A DNA stretch of 64,000 bases, taken from assembly GCA_016204255.1 (NCBI GenBank), contig JACQLA010000005.1, positions 132,339-196,338 on the forward strand, written 5' to 3'. Source of the stretch: Candidatus Microgenomates bacterium. GTDB taxonomy: Bacteria > Patescibacteriota > Microgenomatia > JACQLA01. Shown piece by piece: positions 19,241-28,802 of the stretch. Position numbers and translations under genes: made by a program. The notes beneath the pieces were generated by a model. It made no database searches, was not told where the DNA came from, and was given only the letters and a program-made list of their open reading frames with translations. How positions within the stretch are numbered: position 1 is the first letter of the stretch; the number at the start of each line of letters is the position of its first letter.

Positions 19241-20596
19241 TTAATTTTTTACTCCAAAAAGAGAGTCTCTAATTTGCTCCCGGTTAACATCTGTTTGGCT
19301 CTTTGCGTAAATAACTAAGGGAGCCAAAACTTGACCCTCAAGCTTCACCTCTATTATATCAAAAGTAAACTGGTTTTGAGGATCTTCAAGCTCCAGCGTA
19401 TAAGTGCCATTTTCGAGGGGGGTAGCGGAAACAAATTGACCCAATTTATTAGTTTTAAAAGCCCGGACGGAATTCACGCTCTGGTCTTTAATGTCAACTA
19501 AAATATTGGCTAGGAAACTATTGTCGCGTCCCTGAACAATCCCGGTAATAACATTAGGAGTGCTTGTAAGCCTTGGTAGACCAACTTTCTTCGCCGCCTG
19601 AGGAGTAACGATGCGGACATTTTTTCCTTGCGCTTCCAAAACTTCTTCGGGGATTACCCCTTTAGGTCTAACCTTCATTTGCTGTTCTAATTTGATCATC
19701 TCGGCAATAAGGCCCTCTTTCTCCCTTTCGGCTTCTTCCAGCCGCTGTTCTAAAGAATTTAAACGTTCTTCATAAGAAAGAACCTCAGTAGGGGTGGCGG
19801 CAGAGGTTGGAGGCTTATTTTTTAGCTCTTCCAGCTCTCGTTTCAGCCCCTTAATTTCTTCAACGAGAATTTGGTTTCGGTCAGCGATTTTCGATCCTGG
19901 CGGGGCGATGGTTGCGATTTCTTTTTTCTCCTCTTCAAACATTAAGCGCCCGCTTTCACTAAAAACAAGTTTCTTCCCCGGAGGAGTTGATTTTTCCATC
20001 GCCGGCTTGGGTTTAAATGTTGGGAAAGGGGTTTCCTTTTGAGGGAGAAGGGGTTTTAAACCTCTTTTGGGCGAAGCGGAAGACTGTTGAGGATTCAATG
20101 GAGTTGAGGGGAGAGAGCCAATCGTAGCCGCAACGGCGGCAATTTTTTTAAGATGATCTTCTTCTTGGGCATCGAGCGCTGTCGGCAAATTTTTCGGCAG
20201 AGTTTTTAGATATTCCTCCAGCTTTTGCCGGCTTTCCCGGATCTGCAGCGTTGGGATTGCTTTATGCGTTATGGCCGGAAAATCCGGAGACAGGTAAAGA
20301 GGAACCCTTTGAGTTTTTTGATAAACAAATTGAGTGGGGGAATAGACCGATTTTAAAAAAGCCATCAACCAGCGGTGTAAAGGGCGATCTTCAAAGGGAA
20401 GAAAAGCAAAAGCAAAACCCAAAAAAAAGAAAAGTCCAGAGATAAAAATACGAATTATCTGTGGGAAGGGAAGCTGCCAAAAAACGTAGGCCAGTACACA
20501 TCCGGCGGCCAACAACCCAAACTGTTTAATTGTCATGTCGCCGATTAACCGGAACTGGAAGCTGGTGACATTTTGCGGGACAGGATGTTGCTCCAT
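19241..20596 (-). CDS. PrgI/VirB3-like membrane protein fused to a coiled coil and a C-terminal beta-sandwich-like domain
   Basis: N-terminus HPVPQNVTSFQFRLIGDMTIKQFGLLAAG plus two TM helices matches the PrgI-family opening. Central coiled coil. C-terminal CarboxypepD_reg-like string (GTYTLELED). Confidence 0.55.
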   Translation of the reverse strand: MEQHPVPQNVTSFQFRLIGDMTIKQFGLLAAGCVLAYVFWQLPFPQIIRIFISGLFFFLGFAFAFLPFEDRPLHRWLMAFLKSVYSPTQFVYQKTQRVPLYLSPDFPAITHKAIPTLQIRESRQKLEEYLKTLPKNLPTALDAQEEDHLKKIAAVAATIGSLPSTPLNPQQSSASPKRGLKPLLPQKETPFPTFKPKPAMEKSTPPGKKLVFSESGRLMFEEEKKEIATIAPPGSKIADRNQILVEEIKGLKRELEELKNKPPTSAATPTEVLSYEERLNSLEQRLEEAEREKEGLIAEMIKLEQQMKVRPKGVIPEEVLEAQGKNVRIVTPQAAKKVGLPRLTSTPNVITGIVQGRDNSFLANILVDIKDQSVNSVRAFKTNKLGQFVSATPLENGTYTLELEDPQNQFTFDIIEVKLEGQVLAPLVIYAKSQTDVNREQIRDSLFGVKN

Positions 20597-20690
20597 ATCA
20601 ATTTAGATGTAAATATTGTATTGCGTGAAAAAAACTATTGCAAGATTATCAAAGTAGGTCAAAGATAATCGGGAGTGGGTGAGATGTAAA

Positions 20691-21035
20691 TTATGGAGAC
20701 GGGTTAAGATGCTGTTGAATCTCTTCCTTAACGTCGGTTACCGCCTGTTGAGTTTCCAAGCCCTCAATTTTAGCCAGCAGGGAGGTGATAACTTTCTCTT
20801 CAATCAATTTAAAATCCTCAGGAGAGTGCTCTTGGCCTTCGGCCATCTCTTCCAGTGTCTTCTCGTATTCGGATTTCATCTCGTTTTCACAGCTGGAGGC
20901 AATATTTTCCCAGCAAATCTGTGACAGGCGCAATTTTTGCTCCTCATTCATTTTATCAAGATTGGCCAGAGCGTCTTTTTTGACATCTTCAGAAAGATTA
21001 GCTAATTGGATAAGTTGATTAAGTGTTAAGGCCAT
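20691..21035 (-). CDS. small acidic hypothetical protein (114 aa)
   Basis: ORF in the operon string; helical, acidic composition. Confidence 0.4.
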   Translation of the reverse strand: MALTLNQLIQLANLSEDVKKDALANLDKMNEEQKLRLSQICWENIASSCENEMKSEYEKTLEEMAEGQEHSPEDFKLIEEKVITSLLAKIEGLETQQAVTDVKEEIQQHLNPSP

Positions 21036-21040
21036 AGTTT

Positions 21041-22771
21041 TTAAGCAAACATATTTTGGAATGTCCGCTGCTCATGTGGCTCCAGTTGATTTACAACTCT
21101 ACCCATAAGCAAGGGAATTAATAAGGTAAGCAGTGCCAGGGAGTATCTGTCCCATTTATGAACGATTTTTTTAATTTCATCTGGAGGGAGCGTGGCATTG
21201 TAAATCCTGGCCAGATCCTTGATATTTGCAATTCTTTTGTCAAGCTCGGCGCCTCTTAGGTGGGCATCTGGGAAGCGAGAGGTGAGAGCAGCATCCATTT
21301 TAGTTCTTAAATCGATAATCACGGCCGGGTCGGTAAGATCTAAAGTTCCTCTTAAGCCCAGGGTTACTAGGTCCTCATCGTGCCATTCACCAAGCTTGTC
21401 GTGATCAATTGAATAGGAGCCATCTGCATTTTTTATGACAAGTTTTTCTGCATCTTCAACCATCTTTTTAGCCTGATCTTCCGGGACTCCCTGCCCCTTA
21501 AGGTAGGCTACCGGATCGCCGACCGGTGTTCTTTCGCCCCAATTATCAACCAGCCGCATGGCGGTTGCACTCGGAGTAAGACCAATTAAAGCCTCGCGAC
21601 TTAGTTTTTCCGGCGCCTGTCCAGCAATTCGTTCTTCGGGTTTTGGCTCAACGCCGCGATTTTCAGCAAAAGATTCAAGCTTGCCACGAAGTAATTCGCC
21701 AACAAAAGTGGTCGTGCCCATGATATCGGCCTCTTGATAGAATCGTTTAAAGGCCCGGTCGGGATCGCTTTTTAATCTGGCAATCTCACGCTCATCAAAG
21801 ACTCCAAGTTTTTTAATCATCGCATCAGCGATTTCAGTTTGGGAAAGAGTGGTATCATCAACGCCTAAAAAGCGTTGGAATTCATCCATTTTTTTAATTT
21901 TATTAAGAAGCGGCGCTTTTTTAAGTATTGCCTCTCGATCATCCTCTATTTTTTGAGCCCGCCGGGCTAAACGTTTTTCGGCATCAGTGCCGTGTTCCAA
22001 GGCATCCGCGATGAGATCTTCTGATGGGCCCTGCCGAACTTGTTCAAGAAGAGCCTGAACGCGTCCGTCATCAAATTGTCGGGACAATTCCTCACTGGTA
22101 TTACTAACAACCTGTCTTTTTTCGGCAGGATTAAGTGCAGCAAAGGGCCGCCCGCCGAAGCGCTCCTTTATTATTCGGTCGCGGACATTTTCGTAACTTT
22201 CCGTAATACGCGATTGTCTTGATGATTCGTTAATCTCGATGGTCGTTAAGGGACGCTCTGTATCCACTGCCTGCCAGGTCCGAGTGATCCTGATGCCCGG
22301 AATTCCCCATAGACGGTCAACCCTCTGCATATCCTCCGGCCTGCGGGTCTCTTGGGTTAAAAACCCATTAAGCTCATCGTGTAATGCTTTTAGTTCATTC
22401 TCCCGCTGTGTCCGCAAAGCGGTATCCTGCTGATAAAAAGGGGAGTTGGGATCGGCCAAACCAGCATCAAGCGCTTCGCGAGTGGCAATTAAAGCCTGGG
22501 CGATTTCGGTGGGTGATAGATTCTCTCCCCTTTGGGCTTTGGCGGCAACTTCGGCGGCCCTAAGCGCAGTCGTCGTTACCATTTTCCCTTCACGAGTAAG
22601 TTCATTCACCCGGGGAGCAATAGGAGCGAGACCATTTAAAACTGCTGTTTTCAGGTAAGCAGGTGAGGGGGGATATTTTTCTACCGGCCCGGTTTTACGG
22701 TAAGCGGCAGTAGTGTCTTTAAATTCGCCGGCAGCGGCAGTAGTGGCTGATATAGGTGCTTGGATTGGCAT
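21041..22771 (-). CDS. large hypothetical protein (576 aa) with C-terminal TM anchor
   Basis: Long uninterrupted ORF; hydrophobic LALLTLLIPLLMGRVV near the C-terminus; no known motif. Confidence 0.5.
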   Translation of the reverse strand: MPIQAPISATTAAAGEFKDTTAAYRKTGPVEKYPPSPAYLKTAVLNGLAPIAPRVNELTREGKMVTTTALRAAEVAAKAQRGENLSPTEIAQALIATREALDAGLADPNSPFYQQDTALRTQRENELKALHDELNGFLTQETRRPEDMQRVDRLWGIPGIRITRTWQAVDTERPLTTIEINESSRQSRITESYENVRDRIIKERFGGRPFAALNPAEKRQVVSNTSEELSRQFDDGRVQALLEQVRQGPSEDLIADALEHGTDAEKRLARRAQKIEDDREAILKKAPLLNKIKKMDEFQRFLGVDDTTLSQTEIADAMIKKLGVFDEREIARLKSDPDRAFKRFYQEADIMGTTTFVGELLRGKLESFAENRGVEPKPEERIAGQAPEKLSREALIGLTPSATAMRLVDNWGERTPVGDPVAYLKGQGVPEDQAKKMVEDAEKLVIKNADGSYSIDHDKLGEWHDEDLVTLGLRGTLDLTDPAVIIDLRTKMDAALTSRFPDAHLRGAELDKRIANIKDLARIYNATLPPDEIKKIVHKWDRYSLALLTLLIPLLMGRVVNQLEPHEQRTFQNMFA

Positions 22772-22825
22772 ACCCTATAAGCTACCGTATCAAAAAAGAG
22801 TCTTTCTTGTCAAGAGGATTTTAGA

Positions 22826-24187
22826 TTAGGGGCTAAACCGAAAACCGCGACCTTTAATTGTCTGCAGATGCTGGGGATTTTTAGGATCAGCCTCAGTTTT
22901 TTTCCGCAAACGAAAAATCATCTGGTCAATGGCCTCATCAGAAACCCCCTGATTGGTCGTTCCCGGCCAAACAGCATCGATAATTTCTCCTCGCTCGCAG
23001 ACGCGGTCGGGGTTTTGTAAAAGAAACTTTAAAAGTCGAAATTCCTGGGGAGAAAGACCACTGGAGATAACCTCGCCCCCTTTTAAAATCTCGTTAGTTT
23101 CAACCTGAAAATAAATTTTTTCCTCAGGCTTGATGTAGTTTTGAAAATGATTGGCCAGGAGCGGGATAGTGATTAAAAATTTACTTCCGGTTTTTTTAAT
23201 AAGGTCAAGATCGCTCAAAAAACTTAAAGTTTCATCCTCGGGCACCGGTTGTCCTTGCGCGATTTTGGTTAAAACTTCTTGTTCCTGCGAAGTAAGTGCG
23301 GATAATATCTCAAAAAGAGCTCCCTGAACTGGAGGTTGGGAAAGCAAAAACTCTGAAAGATTATCAACTTTCTTTTGCCGGAGAAGGGTTTCGATGGCAA
23401 CCTTAGTTAGCTTCCCATGCCCGCCAGTTAAAACCAGCACACTCTCCTTAATTTTCGTTTCTAGTTTCTCCCCGGATGTTTTTTCAAGATAAGCGAGGCG
23501 AAAATTCATTCCCGGGTCATCGTGCAGGGGAATATAAACAGTATGTCCGACGAAGAATTCATAAAATTCTTTATAAACCCAACCGTCAAGACTTTTTTCC
23601 AGGGGCCGCGTCAGAGAAAAAATGACCGCGAAACGGTATTTTGCCAAAGACCGTAGAGTCCTTAAGTTAAGGAAAAACTCGCTTGTAGCATTTTTAAAAT
23701 ATTCCTCAAAGCGGTCAAATAACAAAACAAGGGAAAGCCCTTCCTGATTGGCGATGATATCTACGGCTTTTTTGAGATTTTGCCAAAGAATTAAAGGATC
23801 GTTAAGAGAAAGGGCTTCTTTAAAAAGATTCTGAATTTTTTCAAGTGTTTCCTGATATTTTCTTTCGCCTAAAGACTCAAGAAGGTTAAGAAAAATAAAT
23901 TTGTTGACCTCGTGAAGACCGGCTTGACCGGCCTCGGCGAAATTTAAATAAACAAAATGAAAATCTTTTTGCCGCTCGCCTAAGTGTTTAATACGCACGT
24001 TTCTATTGAAAGCTAAAAGCCCCAAAAGATTGGCTCGGCCGACGCCGGGAACACCGATCGCCTGACATGAAAGGCCGGCCCGGACATACCCCAGAATTTT
24101 CTTAATTTCTTCCTCCCGGCTGTTTCCAGGGTAGAGGGACTCGAAGCGAACGGACTCCATATTATCTATAGATCTATTATCTAACAT
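22826..24187 (-). CDS. AAA/ORC-like ATPase domain fused to a C-terminal OmpR/PhoB-type winged-helix DNA-binding domain
   Basis: Degenerate P-loop GVPGVGRANL; Walker-B-like LVLLFDRFEE; C-terminus LSPQEFRLLKFLLQNPDRVCERGEIIDAVW...RLRKK...LQTIKGRGFRF is a Trans_reg_C signature. Confidence 0.65.
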   Translation of the reverse strand: MLDNRSIDNMESVRFESLYPGNSREEEIKKILGYVRAGLSCQAIGVPGVGRANLLGLLAFNRNVRIKHLGERQKDFHFVYLNFAEAGQAGLHEVNKFIFLNLLESLGERKYQETLEKIQNLFKEALSLNDPLILWQNLKKAVDIIANQEGLSLVLLFDRFEEYFKNATSEFFLNLRTLRSLAKYRFAVIFSLTRPLEKSLDGWVYKEFYEFFVGHTVYIPLHDDPGMNFRLAYLEKTSGEKLETKIKESVLVLTGGHGKLTKVAIETLLRQKKVDNLSEFLLSQPPVQGALFEILSALTSQEQEVLTKIAQGQPVPEDETLSFLSDLDLIKKTGSKFLITIPLLANHFQNYIKPEEKIYFQVETNEILKGGEVISSGLSPQEFRLLKFLLQNPDRVCERGEIIDAVWPGTTNQGVSDEAIDQMIFRLRKKTEADPKNPQHLQTIKGRGFRFSP

Positions 24188-24206
24188 CTATCAAATTGAT
24201 ATTTTA

Positions 24207-24575
24207 TCATTTTTGCCGCTCTTTGGCTGTTTTTACGGAACTCATAAAAATCTTAAAAATTTGTCGGCCTTCATCAATCAATGGGAGCATACGCGTTTGA
24301 AGCGATGGGTTAGTTCCAAAAATTAACTCCAGCCAATAGATAGTTTCCTTCGATTCTTTGCGACACTTATTTAAGTCGTGCGAAAAATCTGCATTTGTAT
24401 GAGCGCAGGTAGCTTCTGCATAGTTGGCGCCAATTGAGGATGACGAACGAATAACCTGTCGACCGTAGATAATATTTTCTTCCGTTCTCGGCAAGCTTTT
24501 GATTAGCTTAAGAACTCTTAGAGTAAATTCTTTGAGTCGCTTCTCCAACTCTTCCTGTTTTTGGACTTGATTCAT
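24207..24575 (-). CDS. four-helix-bundle protein (23S rRNA intervening-sequence / S23p family)
   Basis: QVIRSSSSIGANYAEA motif and ~120-aa length are typical of this family. Confidence 0.7.
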   Translation of the reverse strand: MNQVQKQEELEKRLKEFTLRVLKLIKSLPRTEENIIYGRQVIRSSSSIGANYAEATCAHTNADFSHDLNKCRKESKETIYWLELIFGTNPSLQTRMLPLIDEGRQIFKIFMSSVKTAKERQK

Positions 24576-24684
24576 TTATAAATTATAAATATTAAATCAT
24601 AAATCAGCTAACTGTAGCAATGTCGTTAGCTGATTGTAATGTAAATATCAAGCCAGAATGCGCCTCACGGGCTAGACTGAGGCC

Positions 24685-27339
24685 ATGAGCAACGAGTTTT
24701 TAAGGGGACCATATCAGGGTCAAAATGAAGGGACCAAATTGACAATTCGGCCTCAAACCCTATATAGTGAAAGGCGAGGTAACTCTATGGACGAAAGTCA
24801 AGGCGAAATTCCTAAATTAACAAGCCCTGCGTTAAAAACCCCCGGTGGTTCTAAACCAAGCCAGCAGACAGGTTCTCAAGCAATCGGCGAAAAACTGACA
24901 ATTGCCGAGGCATTTGACAAAGTTAGAGGTAGCTTTCCGCCCCCACCCCAGGAATTTTTTCCTCACATGGAAGATAAACTAACCGAGGAGCAAAGGGAAC
25001 AGAGGAGAGAAGCGATGGCGGCGCGAAAAGGGCCGGAGGGGGTAGAGGCGCTTAATCAAATAGATGAAGATGAAGAGGAAGGAAGCGTAAGAAGGAGAGG
25101 CATTTATGGAGAACGCAGGCTGACGAATCCTGAAAAAAGATTGATCCTGGCTGGCAGGATTGAGGCAGATAGACTTTTTAACCGAATGTTTATTCGGGTC
25201 GATGCCAAGCCCAAAGAAGAATTTCGAGAAGCGTTTGGAACTGCTGGAGAAATTGAGTATAACGAATTTATTACCACTTTTACCGAGGCTTTAGAGGATG
25301 CGTCTCGGGAAAATCGTGAAAAATACGAAAGACTAATAACCAAATATAGTCACGAAAAAGATCTCCGGGAAATTTTGCATAATGCCAATTATTCTCTTTT
25401 AGCAAATGTTAATAGTGAAAAATTTGTCGGATTTTTTCAAAACTTTACTTCGGATATGGCTGATGCTGCCTATCGAACGACCGGAGTTACTTTAGCTGCC
25501 CATGTTTATGAGCAGGCCTTGCGAAAGGTGATCGATGAAAACAGAGGGTATTTACCGGCTGTTGAAGTTGCAGTTGATCCTAATGCTCATGGGGTAACAG
25601 GGAGAGAAGGAAGGGTTGAGAGCTTAGCTCAGGAGTATTTTGATGATGCGATCAGGGCGGGGCTTTTAAAAGGGCCGAATGGTTGGCCAATAGAGCACTT
25701 ACAAGACTGGGAAAAAAAGCGTGCCTTATCATTGGCTCGAGGAATGGGAATTGTAACAATGAGAACCATTGAGATCTTGGGTCAGGTAAAACTTCCCGAA
25801 AAAGCCCAAGGCCTGCCGAGTCTTTATGGTCAGGATATTGTCAGAGACCTGGTTCCCTTCCGTCATCTTATTGGTAAATTTGGCATTGGGATGGAAAGAC
25901 TGGCAATTTTGGGTTTTAAGACTGGTCCTGGAGGTTTTGGTTGGTCTCAAAAAGAGCTGATTGAATTTAAGGACGCCCCCGAAGGCTCACACGGAATTGT
26001 TAATGGCGAGGCATCATATTTGGGGGAACGTTATATTCAGCAGGTTAACCCTTATGAAAGCGGAAGTATTTTTTCCCACACCGGCTGGCGGGCTAAAGTT
26101 GCGACTACTCATCTTGATAGAAACGGTAATGATTGGGAATGGTTAGGCACTGGAGTGAGACTAGAGCGATTAAGGAGCGATGTTAAGAAAGAGAAGGGCT
26201 TACCTGAGGACCAACAGAAAAAAACACAAGAGATGATGGGAATTCTGAGAAAAATTGCCGAGATCCAGCCTTTAAAACTTTTCCGTCAAATGCCGGATTT
26301 GGATTTGCAAGAAGCACACGACCAAATTATCCAGCAACTTTTTGGTTTTTCGCCCCAAGAACTTAAAGATCTAAAAGTAAAGAAAGACACCTTTACAGGT
26401 TTTGAGCAGTCGGCTAGACTACAGCGATTAGAAGAACTGGCCAAACATTTTAACCAGGCGGAGAAGGATTTAACTCTCCTTCAGGAAAAAGCCGTTCAAG
26501 ATGGTACCGGAGGACGATTTAGCTTCAACGACGCTCGACTTGATTTTGAACAACCTTTTCTCGCGGATGCAACAGGGCAAAGAAAAGCAAATGCTCAAAG
26601 GCTTGCTGATGCTATAAAAAATGTTTTCTTGGATGGAGAAAGAAAACCACGAGAGCCACTCACGCGCCTGGCGGAAAAAATCGGACGCGATGATTGGCCC
26701 TTTGTTTTTGGTTCTGAAGACGTTCCGCACGATCAATACCGCTATGTTGAGGGAGGACCCACAGCAATTGCCCGCACATTGCGGGATTTTGGTGCTGAAA
26801 GTAAGGCCGTTGCCGGAACTATAAAAATTCTACGCAAAATGGATTCTTATAAAAAGCCGGAGCAGATAATGGAGGATTTAAGAGAAGTTTACGAGAGCAT
26901 CTCCGGTTATGATGAAACTAAAGCCAGACGCGTGATTTCGGAGCTGGCGGAGGGTATTATGAAATTTTACGGTAAGGACTGGTGGGCGAGGCTTCCTTTG
27001 GGTGCGGGGACAGCCTTGGGATTTCTTGCCGCGCGTGGTGTGCCCATGGGCGGGCTTGCCGGTTTATCCTGGGGTGAGCAGATTAAATCGTCTTACGCTA
27101 AGACCGCCTTTGGGAACGAGGCTTTGGGCTGGGATGAAACAGACAAATGGAAATTTACCAAGGCTTTGGAAGGAGCTGGAATGATTGGTTATAGTGAGCT
27201 TGAAGAGTTAAGAAAGAGAGTCGGGGCAACCCGTTGGCACTATACAATGGATCTGGCGCGCACTTTTGGGCCTCTTGCCATACTGATTGCTTTAATGGAA
27301 TTTTCTAGGACAGCTACTAAAGATCTCGCGAGAACCTGA
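24685..27339 (+). CDS. very large hypothetical protein (884 aa) with C-terminal hydrophobic segments
   Basis: Single long ORF, the only plus-strand gene inside the T4SS-like locus; C-terminal TM-like LPLGAGTALGFLAARGV and FGPLAILIALMEF. Confidence 0.55.
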   Translation: MSNEFLRGPYQGQNEGTKLTIRPQTLYSERRGNSMDESQGEIPKLTSPALKTPGGSKPSQQTGSQAIGEKLTIAEAFDKVRGSFPPPPQEFFPHMEDKLTEEQREQRREAMAARKGPEGVEALNQIDEDEEEGSVRRRGIYGERRLTNPEKRLILAGRIEADRLFNRMFIRVDAKPKEEFREAFGTAGEIEYNEFITTFTEALEDASRENREKYERLITKYSHEKDLREILHNANYSLLANVNSEKFVGFFQNFTSDMADAAYRTTGVTLAAHVYEQALRKVIDENRGYLPAVEVAVDPNAHGVTGREGRVESLAQEYFDDAIRAGLLKGPNGWPIEHLQDWEKKRALSLARGMGIVTMRTIEILGQVKLPEKAQGLPSLYGQDIVRDLVPFRHLIGKFGIGMERLAILGFKTGPGGFGWSQKELIEFKDAPEGSHGIVNGEASYLGERYIQQVNPYESGSIFSHTGWRAKVATTHLDRNGNDWEWLGTGVRLERLRSDVKKEKGLPEDQQKKTQEMMGILRKIAEIQPLKLFRQMPDLDLQEAHDQIIQQLFGFSPQELKDLKVKKDTFTGFEQSARLQRLEELAKHFNQAEKDLTLLQEKAVQDGTGGRFSFNDARLDFEQPFLADATGQRKANAQRLADAIKNVFLDGERKPREPLTRLAEKIGRDDWPFVFGSEDVPHDQYRYVEGGPTAIARTLRDFGAESKAVAGTIKILRKMDSYKKPEQIMEDLREVYESISGYDETKARRVISELAEGIMKFYGKDWWARLPLGAGTALGFLAARGVPMGGLAGLSWGEQIKSSYAKTAFGNEALGWDETDKWKFTKALEGAGMIGYSELEELRKRVGATRWHYTMDLARTFGPLAILIALMEFSRTATKDLART

Positions 27340-27354
27340 TTATATTAAGTATAT

Positions 27355-28755
27355 TTATCGGAATAGAGCCCGCCATTGCACCTGTCGTGATTGTCCGCCT
27401 GGGCCCATTTCATAACTTGCCGCCATTCCTGCTCTTCTGGCTATTCCTGTTCCCATTGCCGGGCCCGCACCCAAGGCTTGGCCAATCGCAGCGCCATAGG
27501 GGAAGGGAGGAGGCTTGATGGCATCAGTCATCATCTGGGCAACAGCGGGAGTAAGCAGGATTATTCCTAGAGCGATTAAAGCTTGGACAATGGCCGGACT
27601 ATTGCCGCCGATTAAGGGAGCTACCCAGCCAGTGGCCCCCGGTTGCCCAGCTTTAGTTAGCTGGATAAGGGTAGAGGCTAAAGCAAACATTGCAATTGTG
27701 GTAGGAAAGACCATCAAATTAGCAAAAATACCTCTGACCCAACCGGAAATACCGAGACTACTTCCCCCGGGTAAGGCACCTAATAGAAGCTGGAAAGGGG
27801 CAAAAATAATCATTACCAAGACCCAAACGTAAGCTTTAATGAGTATAAAGAGAAGTCGGAATAGAGCCCAAAGAATGGCAACTGCAAAAACAGCGGTGGC
27901 AATTCCTCGAGCGCCTGTGCTGAGAAAACCAGAAAGAATAAACAGGTTTCCGGTGATTTCCTCAACAAACTTACTAATTCCTTCGGCTGGTTTATTTATG
28001 CTCTCAAAACCCAAGTTCGACACGGATGACCAGTAGCCAAAAACATTTGCTCCTGAAAATTGGTCAAAACCGTCAAAATTAATTCCGGGGACACTCTTAA
28101 AAAGATTAAGTATAAGGTAAATAATAACGTACATTAAATCGATTAATAGTCCGGCGATGGCATAGGAGAGGGTAATTAGAACAAGGGTAATTAAAAGTCG
28201 CGGCAAAGCAGTTTGAATCGAAACGACAGCCTGGGGAGATATTTTGATCCGGAGCATAATCATTATTCCGACAACCATAAAAATAAGAATGAAAACAAAA
28301 TAGGCGGCATTACGAAAGGCAGCCCAAATGGGGAGAAGATAGGATAAACCTTTAAAACCGGTTCCCTGAGCATAAGCAGGAGTAGCCAGACCCACGTTTT
28401 GTTTAAGGTAGGCTATATAGTCAGCTGTGGAGGCAGGTGGTACATAGAGTTTGCTGATTAGAGTGCCGACTGCTCCGATTGCTCCGCTGTTACCAAGATC
28501 AAGAAGTTCCGGGTGGGCTTCTGACTGGCCTGTCAATAAGTAGTTGAGGCTGTCGACCGTGCCAGCCATCTGATTAAGGTTAAAAGCTTTATCATCAAAA
28601 CCCGGTCCCTGCGAAGAAGGATCGAGTATAGTTTGGTTTTCCTGCTGGAGGAGTTGGGCGCGTACCGGGGTGGCAATAAAAACAGTTATGCTTAAAGCCA
28701 AAAAAAAGGAAAAAATAACAAAAATTCTCGGCAGGATTTTCATTTTACCTTTCAA
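27355..28755 (-). CDS. polytopic membrane protein, VirB6/TrbL-like candidate
   Basis: Signal peptide plus about 8 TM helices; size and position next to the pilin genes resemble VirB6/TrbL; no sequence motif verified. Confidence 0.45.
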   Translation of the reverse strand: MKGKMKILPRIFVIFSFFLALSITVFIATPVRAQLLQQENQTILDPSSQGPGFDDKAFNLNQMAGTVDSLNYLLTGQSEAHPELLDLGNSGAIGAVGTLISKLYVPPASTADYIAYLKQNVGLATPAYAQGTGFKGLSYLLPIWAAFRNAAYFVFILIFMVVGIMIMLRIKISPQAVVSIQTALPRLLITLVLITLSYAIAGLLIDLMYVIIYLILNLFKSVPGINFDGFDQFSGANVFGYWSSVSNLGFESINKPAEGISKFVEEITGNLFILSGFLSTGARGIATAVFAVAILWALFRLLFILIKAYVWVLVMIIFAPFQLLLGALPGGSSLGISGWVRGIFANLMVFPTTIAMFALASTLIQLTKAGQPGATGWVAPLIGGNSPAIVQALIALGIILLTPAVAQMMTDAIKPPPFPYGAAIGQALGAGPAMGTGIARRAGMAASYEMGPGGQSRQVQWRALFR

Positions 28756-28802
28756 CGGTACAAAAAATAAGTCTAATTGTCAAGTTTAAATGTTGCGTCT
28801 CA

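Noticed and set aside
24207-24575. Four-helix-bundle protein as the Avd accessory protein of a diversity-generating retroelement
   Set aside because: No reverse transcriptase ORF and no template/variable repeat pair are visible anywhere in the window. Family membership alone is insufficient.
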